This document shows positions 51,730 through 62,118 of a DNA stretch of 64,000 bases, piece by piece (the stretch's first letter is position 1; each line of letters begins with the position of its first letter). The stretch spans positions 29,698,001-29,762,000 of the forward strand of contig OZ076417.1 of NCBI GenBank assembly GCA_964187785.1, read 5' to 3'. A program made the position numbers and the translations under genes. The DNA comes from Amphiscolops sp. MND2022 (taxonomy: Eukaryota). The notes under the pieces are model-generated. The model was not told the origin of the DNA, did no database searches, and saw only the letters and a program-made list of their open reading frames with translations.

Positions 51730-54700
51730 ATGAACGATCCCCCTACGACTTACACAAAAGATACAACAATAGAATGCGATGGAGCTCCAACAGAGGACTG
51801 GCTGAGACATCAGGCACTCGCCTCCATACGAAGACCCCTCATACAAACTGAAAAAGAGCAAACACTAGATGAGGACCATGGAGACGACCACAAACAACAC
51901 CCAAATCTCATACAGCCATCCACCACTAACACAACACGATCCACCGCAACCCAAATAGAACAAACTGAAAACGCCCACGAAGACCAACCACCGTCACCAC
52001 TAACAAAGGAAGATATTCACGGCTCCACCCAAGTACCTATCTTCCCAGAAGATTTCCCCGCATCTCTCAACTCTATTAAAGAGTATGTCACTGAAAAAGA
52101 CGGAGAAACATACTTACCCCTCCACTCGACTATAGTCCTCAAGAGCAGGAGGCGAATGCTATACTTGCCACTAGAATTCGGCGAAATAACAATGGATGGA
52201 CTTGTCGACTCAGGTGCGTTCATCAATGCCATGTCTTGGTCGGACTACAATGCGATCAAAATGAACAGTGACAACTGTGTCATAAAAGAGTATCCACAAC
52301 CTCCTTTCAAAATCGAATGCGCAAACGCTCAACTGGAGCAACCAATAGCCACGGCCGATATACAATTCAACATAGGAACGTATACCTTCACGGACACCTT
52401 CGTGATACTCTCAAAAACGTCCTTCCCAATAATCGGACTGAACTTCATGAGAAATCACCAAGCAGTAATCGACACAGCCAATGGGACCATCACCTTCCCC
52501 CATGTCGAAATGACCTTAGCCATGACAGATGAAAAGAAAAACTGTAACCCCAAACCACTCCAAATCATGACCGAAGGGAACCAGACACTGCCTCCACAAC
52601 AAACAACAACCGTAAACGCGATATTCATAACTACTAATACAATTGACATAACAGGAGCAGTACAACCGCTACCACAGTTTGACGAAACAGCAACCATCAT
52701 CGTTGCACCAGCACTAGCCACAGCTCACAACAAACGGATCAATTTACGAATAGCCAACTTGACAGATTTCCCTCACACCATAAAAAATCACACCAAATTG
52801 GCAGAATTGCAAATCCTGAGGCCAGAAGACACCAAACAGATACGACCCATAGACGTTGCAACGCTAACCACTCTACAAGACCCAGATGACACACACATGT
52901 ATGTGAACGAACTCATGAAATCCAGCGACAATGAACATAACGGTGAAAATTTCTGGTTCCCCACACCCGAGAACCCAGGAAACGAAGAAGAACATACACC
53001 GATACAACGAAGGATACTGAAAGAAATCCGCGAACTCATTCAAAAAGAAAAACTAGACCCAACCAAAGACCCAGAATCACGAAAGCATTTCCTGGACATG
53101 TTCCAGTGGGAAGGTTCTCAAATCGAAGGCAATGACAGGAAGCAACTCGAGCAAACAATAGTCGAATACAACGATATCTTTGCCCGACATCGCCTTGACA
53201 TCGGAATCAATAATAGCTTCAAAGTCAAATTAACTCCGAAAGACGAACGTCCAATTTACACACAAAGCTTGCCGGTACCAATTAACCTGAAAGAGGATCT
53301 AACAGTCGAATTAGCACTAATGCATAGGTACGGCATAATAACGACCCTACCATTCTCGAAATATGCAAGTCCAATTTTCGCACAAAGGAAGCCAAATGGC
53401 AAACTGCGTCTACTCGTCGACCTACGGAAAATAAACGCACTAATTTCAGACGATTATATCAACAACAACCACCCAGTCAGCACCCTGTCGGACGCAGCCC
53501 AACACTTAGCTGGGAAAAAGTTGTTCTGCAAACTAGATTGCTCCCAAGCATACCACTGCCTACAGATGGCAGACCAACGATCAATCGAAATGCTAGCCTT
53601 CAACTTCGCAAGTAGAACGTTCGCCTACAAACGCCTAGCACAAGGACTGAGCAGAGCCCTATCGGCATTTTCAAGTTTCATGCGAGAATACTTGGACAAA
53701 GTAATCAAAGCTGACCAATGTGCGCAATATGTGGATGACATCGGCATAGCTGCCAACTCCGTGACACAGCTGATACGAAACATCCGAGCCGTCTTCGAAT
53801 GCATCAGACAAGCAGGACTCAAACTATCCATTGACAAATGCCACTTTGGGGTGACTGAAGTCGAATTCCTTGGAAGGACGATCACCCCACAAGGAATCGC
53901 CCCCCAAGACCACAAGATACAGAAATTCTTAGCCAATGTGAGATTTCCAAAATCAAAGAAACAAGTACAGAGGTACATTGGCTTTGTCAACTATTATCGC
54001 AACTACATCCCGCGATTGTCCGAAAAATTGCTCGGATTTTACGAACTATTGAAAGCAGACAAGCAAATCAAAGTCACAGAAGAACTACTCGATCACTACA
54101 AAGCGATCAACGCAGCATTAGCGCAAGCCTGTGGATTAGCTCTCAAACAACCAATCACAGGACGACAGTATGTCCTGATGACGGACGCCAGCTTCCGAGC
54201 CTCTGGCTACGCCCTAATGATTGAGGAAGACAACGACAAAAAACTTAATTCAAAAAAGAAGACATTTGCACCAGTCGCATTCGGATCAAAGGTGTTCTCC
54301 CCAGCTCAAATCAAAATGTCAATCTACTGCAAGGAATTTCTAGCAATCTATCACGCCTTCCTTGAATACAGCCATATTCTATGGGAAACAACCCTACCAA
54401 CCCTTGTGATGACTGACAACAGATCGGTCACGCGTTTCTTCCAAACAAAAGCAATCCCGCCCACTCTGTGGAATGCATGTGATTATGTACTACAATTCAA
54501 TTTCCACATAATGCACGTGGCTGGTACACAGAATACAGCAGCTGATTTCCTATCGAGAATTGATCTCAACCCCAAGGAGAGAGTCGAATTAAAAATCAGA
54601 GAGGACATCACAATTCGTCCAATCCAAGTAAACCTACAGTCTACTGACGTCGCAGATGAAGAACAACTTTTCTTTCTTCCAGATGAAACGATTGAAACCG

Positions 54701-56592
54701 AAGAAGATATACTCCTGCAGAAGGAACAAGCAAGACAAAATGCGCGCGACGAAGAAACGACCAAACTTAAACTAGCTATCAAAGAAACTAACCCAATCCC
54801 AGTAAACAAAGCCTCCTACACCTTCGGCGCAATAAAAGAAGACGCACGCATCAGAGCCGAACAAGATTCAAATCTAGTTTTCAAAGCAATCAAAAAGAAA
54901 TTGATTTGTGAAGAATATGACAAACATCTCTTACAAACTGATCCGACAGCAAAACGTCTCCTCATCCACGAAAACAGACTAATTGTCAAAGATGGAATAT
55001 TAATGCGCAAATATTACGGCGAATGTGGCCAAGTCACCCACCACCAAATACTAATCCCTGAACACTTGGTTACAGAACTCCTGAAAACAATACATGGACA
55101 AATGGGAAAACACCCAGGAATTACAAAAATGATTCAAGAATGCCGATCAAAGTACTATTACCCCGGCCTAGCAAAAAGAATCAGACAATGGGTAATGCAA
55201 TGCGAAGACTGTATCAAATACAAACGGATTAACAATAGCCAAATCAGACCAAAAATGATCAACAATACGGAACATGTTCTCGGACCAGAAGATATCCTCG
55301 AAATCGACATACTACCGAACCTGCCAAACTCTGCAGGATATCAGAACATCGTCACAATGATAGACGTATTCTCAAGATATCTTTTTGCATACCCAACGCA
55401 GAACGTCACAGCGAAAACAATCGGACGATGTATCGTCGACGTCATGACAAGACACGCATACTTGCCAACACTGATACTATCAGACAAGGGCTCACAATTT
55501 CGATCAGAAGTCGTTACAGAAATAGCCCAGATACTCGAGATCCAAATCAGCCACGCATCCACGAAACATGCACAAACGATCGGAATCTTGGAAAGAACTC
55601 ATGCGTCAATCAATACTGCACTAAAAATTTCCACGGGCGAAAGACGTTCGATGTGGCATAAATACGTCCAAATAGCTGTAATGAACTACAATACAACATA
55701 CCATGAGACTCTGGGCTGCGAACCATCTACAGTATTCCACGGACGAATACCTTATAATGTCTTCGACCTAAAATTGGGGATCAAGCCAAAGTGGAAAACA
55801 ACGCCCAATTCGGACATAGCAGAGCAAATACAAAAACAAATAGACGAAGTACGAGCGACAGCGAAGGACAATATAATGTTATCCTACCTCAAATACAAAA
55901 AATATTACGACCGCAAAGCGTCCGCAGCTCCACTGAAAATCAACGATTATTGTTACATACTCAATCCGAAAGCCGACAATCAATCGACAAAATTTGCGTT
56001 CCAAGATTGCATTTGGACAGGACCGTACATAGTGATCAAAGTGCTTTCCAATAATAACTACACAATACGAAAGATTGGCACGAGATATACCCAAACACTG
56101 CATCGAATCAGAATACGACCTTATGTGACAGATCAACGAATACCCGACGTCACAGTACGGTCAAACGAATACCTACCAGATCCAGACGTTAAAGTATCAC
56201 ACAATGATTGGTATGCAGTCTCGTGGGAAATGGATTTCGGTAAACAAATCGACGAACTCGACACATCAAAAAATACGGAGACTGAACAAAGAACAGAAAT
56301 ACAAGAAGTGACAAGTACAGACGACAATACGATGCCACAAAAATTAACCGACAATACAGACGAAATGATACCACCGTCACCGGACTTTTCGAATCTCACT
56401 ACAGACGTAGGGGATAACCCATATATACGTCGCCCCCCACCCATTCAAAGTCCACCTATTCCCCCAAAATCTCCGCCTACAGTCGTCGGATATAATCCGA
56501 GAAAAACAGCGAAATATAATCTACGACCTAATCCTAAACCTAATGCTGACCCTGACTTTAGACGACTTGACGCAATAACTACGACTCACTAA
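51730..56592 (+). CDS. pol: Pol: aspartic protease, reverse transcriptase, RNase H, integrase (1620 aa from the first ATG; probably made as a Gag-Pol fusion)
   Basis: LVDSGA (52207), QYVDD (53728), LMTDAS..TDNRS (RNase H), H..MGKHPG..C..C, DILP..SDKGSQF..ERTH (DDE), WTGPY. No internal stops. Confidence 0.96.
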   Translation: MNDPPTTYTKDTTIECDGAPTEDWLRHQALASIRRPLIQTEKEQTLDEDHGDDHKQHPNLIQPSTTNTTRSTATQIEQTENAHEDQPPSPLTKEDIHGSTQVPIFPEDFPASLNSIKEYVTEKDGETYLPLHSTIVLKSRRRMLYLPLEFGEITMDGLVDSGAFINAMSWSDYNAIKMNSDNCVIKEYPQPPFKIECANAQLEQPIATADIQFNIGTYTFTDTFVILSKTSFPIIGLNFMRNHQAVIDTANGTITFPHVEMTLAMTDEKKNCNPKPLQIMTEGNQTLPPQQTTTVNAIFITTNTIDITGAVQPLPQFDETATIIVAPALATAHNKRINLRIANLTDFPHTIKNHTKLAELQILRPEDTKQIRPIDVATLTTLQDPDDTHMYVNELMKSSDNEHNGENFWFPTPENPGNEEEHTPIQRRILKEIRELIQKEKLDPTKDPESRKHFLDMFQWEGSQIEGNDRKQLEQTIVEYNDIFARHRLDIGINNSFKVKLTPKDERPIYTQSLPVPINLKEDLTVELALMHRYGIITTLPFSKYASPIFAQRKPNGKLRLLVDLRKINALISDDYINNNHPVSTLSDAAQHLAGKKLFCKLDCSQAYHCLQMADQRSIEMLAFNFASRTFAYKRLAQGLSRALSAFSSFMREYLDKVIKADQCAQYVDDIGIAANSVTQLIRNIRAVFECIRQAGLKLSIDKCHFGVTEVEFLGRTITPQGIAPQDHKIQKFLANVRFPKSKKQVQRYIGFVNYYRNYIPRLSEKLLGFYELLKADKQIKVTEELLDHYKAINAALAQACGLALKQPITGRQYVLMTDASFRASGYALMIEEDNDKKLNSKKKTFAPVAFGSKVFSPAQIKMSIYCKEFLAIYHAFLEYSHILWETTLPTLVMTDNRSVTRFFQTKAIPPTLWNACDYVLQFNFHIMHVAGTQNTAADFLSRIDLNPKERVELKIREDITIRPIQVNLQSTDVADEEQLFFLPDETIETEEDILLQKEQARQNARDEETTKLKLAIKETNPIPVNKASYTFGAIKEDARIRAEQDSNLVFKAIKKKLICEEYDKHLLQTDPTAKRLLIHENRLIVKDGILMRKYYGECGQVTHHQILIPEHLVTELLKTIHGQMGKHPGITKMIQECRSKYYYPGLAKRIRQWVMQCEDCIKYKRINNSQIRPKMINNTEHVLGPEDILEIDILPNLPNSAGYQNIVTMIDVFSRYLFAYPTQNVTAKTIGRCIVDVMTRHAYLPTLILSDKGSQFRSEVVTEIAQILEIQISHASTKHAQTIGILERTHASINTALKISTGERRSMWHKYVQIAVMNYNTTYHETLGCEPSTVFHGRIPYNVFDLKLGIKPKWKTTPNSDIAEQIQKQIDEVRATAKDNIMLSYLKYKKYYDRKASAAPLKINDYCYILNPKADNQSTKFAFQDCIWTGPYIVIKVLSNNNYTIRKIGTRYTQTLHRIRIRPYVTDQRIPDVTVRSNEYLPDPDVKVSHNDWYAVSWEMDFGKQIDELDTSKNTETEQRTEIQEVTSTDDNTMPQKLTDNTDEMIPPSPDFSNLTTDVGDNPYIRRPPPIQSPPIPPKSPPTVVGYNPRKTAKYNLRPNPKPNADPDFRRLDAITTTH

Positions 56593-56810
56593 AGATGAAA
56601 AGATAAACTCAGGAGTCCAGGCCGAACCGACCTGACAATTTTCAATTCACAGGCATACTACGACCTGACTAAATGTATTTTTCCTTTATCACTCCAAATG
56701 TCATACTTCAGTCTGTATTCAATAATATATCACAAAGAATAACAACAAAGATATAAAACAACAACTACACTTCATACTACTGAGTACACACTGAGTAAGA
56801 TAAAGAAGAT

Positions 56811-59800
56811 TCATTTTCTCTCTGAACCCCCAGCAATTCCCTTACTCGAAGACTGCCCCGACTTCTTCTTACTCTTCTTTGATGCAGGTTCTCCAGTCCC
56901 CTCAACACTCTTCTTACGACCAAGCAATGAGGCAATACTTCCGTACACCTTCGTCTTACTAGGGCGGACAGAACTAGATCCCCCCGACGAAGAGCATGGG
57001 GGTGCGGAAACAGATGAAGCTGCCGGACTTTCTGACTGTGAGGAACATCCACCTTCACCACCACTTTCCACACTGCGACTAGGATCAGCCACACCACAGG
57101 GTGATTCACAACTGTTGCTCCTTTTGCGACTGATACGATCATTGAATAAACGACGATAACGATCAACAAACGCAGACTGACTACCACTACACAAGCCGTC
57201 CCAAGGGTCAAAATCAGAGCACAACATAAAGGAACTAGCACTGGCAATTGACTTCCGAACTTCACCAATCGTAAACTTTGTAAAAAATGACCCCAGCTTG
57301 AACTCCGAAGACACAACACAACTCTGAACGCCCTGAATACACGTCGTGACAACAAGTTCAGGAACTGCGCAACCACTGCGATCTAAGTCTACTGCTGGAA
57401 ATGTCATTCGAGGCTTTGAGACAACCAAACAGCACAGTTTGAACACTCGACACAGTGACTTGCGAGCCAAAAAACTGTAATCGGATAGTAGATGATGGCG
57501 AACATCTTGGATAGCCTCAGCAATCCCTCCACTACTGACGTGTCGCGCTCGAGCATCAACAACAAACGTCGAATATTCTTCGGTAGCTGATTTTGACTCC
57601 AATGTAGAGATGACCCCACTCCGCTCTAACACACGGATCAACTTGCGAAACAACAATAACATATGATGGTCATCCCCCTCCAATAGCAACTCCGGACAGA
57701 AGGAGTAAATACCTTGCGGAAGATCTCCAGTAACAGACTGCTGCGACAAAATGACAGTGACAAGACGATCCATGAATTTACCACAGAGGCCCCGGAAAAC
57801 TTGAGATTCTCCACCTTTGTGACGACGAAGAACAGCGCCAAACTCATGGTTACACAGAAAATCGGCAGCAGCAACATTCTCATAAACTCTCAGCTTTGAC
57901 GGGTCCATATACTCCTCCCATGCATCCAGACTGGGAAGAGAACCGAGCTTGCGACTGCGTGACAACAAACAGTAGACAAATTGGCAAACTTCCATATACC
58001 CATGAAATCCGTAGTCCGGGCGACAAGCCAACTGTTTCTTGAACGAACACGAGTCTGAAACACAATATACCGACCAATAACCAGAGAAAAAACAGTGTTT
58101 TCCCCACCCACTTCGTGCACAAAGAAAATAACACATAACAAACACGCTACATGAAAACCCAAGGAAACTAGACACCAAAATCATACTCACGGAGTTCGAG
58201 GATATGCAAGTGCAGACCAAGACGCAATTCGCCAGTAGACTCAGAGTAGACTTGCCAATCAGTGCCACGCATCTGCAACACACAGACAACATTACTAAAG
58301 ACCCGTTCACAACCACATGAGCAATGAAGACTACATGAAAAACCACGACAATATAATAAAAAAAAAAAAGAGGAAAGAAAAACAAAGAATTTCTTACTCG
58401 GCCAGCTCCAGTCTTGAAATGTCGAGGACCTGTGTGTCTGACAAAATCCTGCACCGAGGACCACACGGCAATCAAGTCAGCAACGACAGCTTGCAAATCT
58501 ACGAAGTCGACACGGCCAGCAATGATGCAGCGACGAAGGTTGGGCACACTCTCACACCAGGACTCCTGCAGAGCACCTCGTAACCGAAGCATGAGATAAT
58601 CGACCATCGTAGTAGTCTCTAGGCCACCGAACACTTCTTGATGAGCAAGTCGGAAGCAATACAAAAATACTTCAGCGTCGAACTCCCGATACATGAGGAA
58701 CTCACGTCCATCCACTCGAGTATCGCTGAAAACCCGCAACAACGTCTGACTACCACCATGACAGGACAACGGCATCTGACATGAGGCAGTACTATCAATA
58801 ACGCGAGATAGTCCAGCTAACTCAGCTTCAGGAACTGCCCAACTGACTCCACCCTCACACAGACGCTCATCAACGTGTGGTCATCAAAAGTTTGAACAAA
58901 GCATTTGTGCAAACCATCCACCTCTGCAAAGAAGACACTGTATTCTCGAAAGGCACTAATCCGGGCAACGAGAGCGCGCAACACTCGTGGGAAGAGGGCT
59001 CCACAAATCAACGACTAAAACATAACAACGAATGCCCACTATATTCAAACAAAAGGGGAAAAGAAAGGAAAAACAACAAAAAAAAACAAAAAGGAGGACC
59101 AAACCCCCATCTGAATTAAAACCAAAACAAAAATACCAACCAATGACTCCGATCGGCTCCACTGTATGTTGTACAGAGGGTTCTCGGGTCCAAGAGTTGC
59201 ACGGAAACATCCCCACAACTTCCGCAAAAGGGTATAACTACCACCAAATCGCAACAGTTCGATCAAGCAATTAACCATCGTCATGAGGGGCACGCTCGAA
59301 TCGGGCTGGACACAAGCAGGAAGCAAATCTTCGGGGAAACTGAAGCCCTCATCTTTTCCTTTACTGGGACGATTGCGATACTCTTCCAACTGTGCATCAC
59401 TTAGAACCATGGGATCCATGAGGCGATTGTATACTGGCAAACCATTCTGCACACGATAAGTGACATCGAGTTGCCAGTGACGCTTCCCAAAAAAGTGCCG
59501 ACTAAACTCGGCAGCACCCCGCGACTCCATGGAAACGTCCCGCTGACAAATCATGCAGTGAAACAACTTGCTGGAGCCAGTACTTGAACCACTAACGAAA
59601 AGCTCATAGATGAGATTTCCAGTGACCATATCCCGTCGAAGATGATTTCGTGGGCTATACACACGTTTCCGACTGCGATCAGCACTTTCCAAGGTCGTCT
59701 CCATCCGATTGATCAATTCTTCAAAACCTGCAATAAACCAACTATCACATAACTAAGCACCACGAGACAAAACTATGGAAACAGACAGAAAAGACGAATC

Positions 59801-60837
59801 GCTCCAATTAGTTGATACACCAAATACAAGAATATACTCACGAGCAACGAAAGGGTCCAACGTGTGACTCTCTGCATCTGAAATGCCAGCCCTCGATATC
59901 TCACCAGGTTGCACAGCCTTGCTAGGCAACGCTGTAACCAATTCACACGTCTCGTCTGCGTCCAACAAACTGAATCTCACACTCGGCACGGCAACCCCCG
60001 TCCTATCCCTCAAGGAAGACTTCGAAACAGACTGGTCATCAGCCCCACCATCCTCAGGGACAATAAGCTGTACTAAAACAGAAAGAAACTTCTTCGCATC
60101 AGCTGAGACAACCACAACAATACAATCCCCCTACTTTTTTCTCTCTCACTCCCACGTATACACATAACAATTTAAAAAGTCATCAACAGACCAACTCACC
60201 ACGTTTATTCTTCGATGACACTCCTTCAGCCCCGCCGGTTGCTACTTCTTGTCGCAAGAATGACGAAAACCGTGGAGAAACAGTAGTCTGGCTACCCCCT
60301 GCTCCCTCCTTGAGAGGGGGGGGAGCCCCCTCACCTTCGTGAGCGACCGCAACAACAGCGGGAGCAGCAACCTTGATGATGTCAGCCAAGGGAACATCAG
60401 AATCACTAGAGCCATGCAAATCGAGAGAAGCAGGAGCAGGAACATCAACTGGAGAATCAGTAGCATGGTGCGTCGAATCAGCAAGAGGCACAAGAGAAAC
60501 TCCAGAGAGATCACCAGGAAGGGAAGCTCTGAGCACAGTGTCGGAAGTCCCAGCCAAGGGAGAAGAAAACGTCGGTCCTGGCAACAAATAAACATCCCAT
60601 AACGACGCGTCAGAAAATCTAAGCTGTGAAAGATGCAAACAGAAAAAGGCCAATCTGTAAATAGCATTAATTCACGGAAAGCTTAAAGGAATGGGGAACA
60701 ACAAACTCACCTGTTACAGGCCGACGAACAACGTCCGCATCACTCGGATAAATGTCTCCCTCAGAAAAGACAAACTGGGTTTCATTGCCGCTCTGAGCGC
60801 CGGTGTCAGGACGAAACCGGGGAGTTTCTTGATTCAT
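56811..60837 (-). CDS. Spliced antisense accessory gene, 7 exons (60837-60711, 60577-60200, 60072-59842, 59727-59141, 59014-58398, 58272-58191, 58054-56811); ~1088 aa BED-finger / inactive hAT-transposase-like protein; one 1-nt frameshift in exon 5
   Basis: Six GT-AG introns of 133, 127, 114, 126, 125 and 136 nt (donors GTGAGT x4, GTTGGT, GTAAGA), all phase-compatible; C-x2-C-x16-H-x5-H finger at 59477-59557. Confidence 0.75.
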
Positions 60838-60869
60838 CACAAATGGCAGGAATCTGAAAACAACAACCA

Positions 60870-61180
60870 AATTGACGTCATCATAACGGTGACAAAAGCA
60901 AAAGTTAGCTAAGCTAGCGAAATTGACGTCGGCATAACGTCGGCAAAAAGGTTATCTGGGTTAAGAAATTAATCTGATATCCTAAAATGACGTCATCATA
61001 ACGGTGACAAAAGCAAAAGTTAGCTAAGCTAGCGAAATTGACGTCGGCATAACGTCGGCAAAAAGGTTATCTGGGTTAAGAAATTAATCCGATATCCTAA
61101 AATGACGTCATCAAAACGGTGACAAAAATCAAAGTTAGCTAAGCTAGCGCAATGACGTCAACATAACGTTGACAAGCTCA
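60870..61180. repeat. 115-bp tandem repeat (~2.7 copies) built from TGACGTC-NN-CATAACG-NN-GNCAA modules; candidate bidirectional promoter
   Basis: tgacgtcatcataacgg occurs at 60873 and 60988, with a variant at 61103; it lies between the divergent starts at 60837 (-) and 61387 (+). Confidence 0.85.
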
Positions 61181-61386
61181 GCCGAACAAATTAATTTAAC
61201 CAACAACCAATAGAATTTGATGTCGACATATCGCCAACACCTGAAGATTAAAAAGGATTAAAATGACTGAACAGCCAATCAAAATGAAGGGATTTTTCCA
61301 ATAATTTCACTAATCCTAATCAATCCCGAAATTCATTGTGAAACAATCAAACTCGAAAAACAGCAGCCAAGAAATTTCGTCGCAGA

Positions 61387-62118
61387 ATGAACAATTTATT
61401 AGACATCTACGAACTGATCGACATCTCGTCATCAAGCGAGGAGGAGGGCGAAATAACAAGATCGTCCACCCCAATACCGAATGACAGTAGGGCCTATCCG
61501 AGTTTGGTCATCGAAATTCTGAACTCATCAGCAGAGGCGAACGCAGATGAAGAAGAATACCTCGACCTATCGGTAAATTCGCTAGAAACAGAATGCAAGA
61601 AAATGAAGCTGAGTGAGTCGTTCCCTAGTTTTGAAACTGTAGAATCGGGACAATACCCTCACTCTGAGTCGACCGAAGAAGTTATTGCTGACTCCCCGGA
61701 AAGCCCTGATGAAAGCTTGTCTTCGGACATATTCATAGTAGAAGCCCCAGCTGTACAAACCGAATCAGTAACAAGTAGCAAAGTAGCCGAATATCTGGAG
61801 AAGGTGCAACAAGAAGACGCCTCTTCATACTTTGTCACGCCCCCTGGTCCGCTGAGAAGAATAAATCTGCCGACTACTAGTCCTCTAAACGATCTGGAGG
61901 AGCCGAAATTAGCGCCAGACGAAGCCAAGGAAAACTACACCCGCGAAAATCAACTGCAACAGGCGTTCGACTTCTATCAACCCGGTAAAGCCGTTCGCCC
62001 CATGACAGTGGCCCTGTCACAGTCCGCTCCCGGACTGGATTGCGGATGCAGGAGAGTTGGTTTTGGGCGCGGACATGGGTGCACCGCAAGACTCACGAAA
62101 AGGTATTTTGGCTATTAA
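61387..62118 (+). CDS. Acidic Ser/Glu-rich, probably disordered 243-aa ORF extending ~100 nt into the 3' LTR
   Basis: ATG-initiated 729-nt open frame with coding-like composition (SSSSEEEG, DEEEY, SPESPDES); its last ~34 codons lie within the LTR. Confidence 0.55.
   Translation: MNNLLDIYELIDISSSSEEEGEITRSSTPIPNDSRAYPSLVIEILNSSAEANADEEEYLDLSVNSLETECKKMKLSESFPSFETVESGQYPHSESTEEVIADSPESPDESLSSDIFIVEAPAVQTESVTSSKVAEYLEKVQQEDASSYFVTPPGPLRRINLPTTSPLNDLEEPKLAPDEAKENYTRENQLQQAFDFYQPGKAVRPMTVALSQSAPGLDCGCRRVGFGRGHGCTARLTKRYFGY

Noticed and set aside
51582-51851. ORF bridging gag and pol in the third frame
   Set aside because: The pol frame is already reachable by -1 slippage at 51670-51676, and this frame has no motif.
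52017-56444. Minus-strand ORFs overlapping pol
   Set aside because: Shadow ORFs expected opposite a long coding frame with biased codons; no independent features.
56811-58775. 654-aa single-exon ORF with a hydrophobic, TM/env-like middle
   Set aside because: The F/V/L-rich middle (58397-58055) is two T-rich introns plus a short exon in another frame, all with canonical splice sites; it is not a membrane protein.
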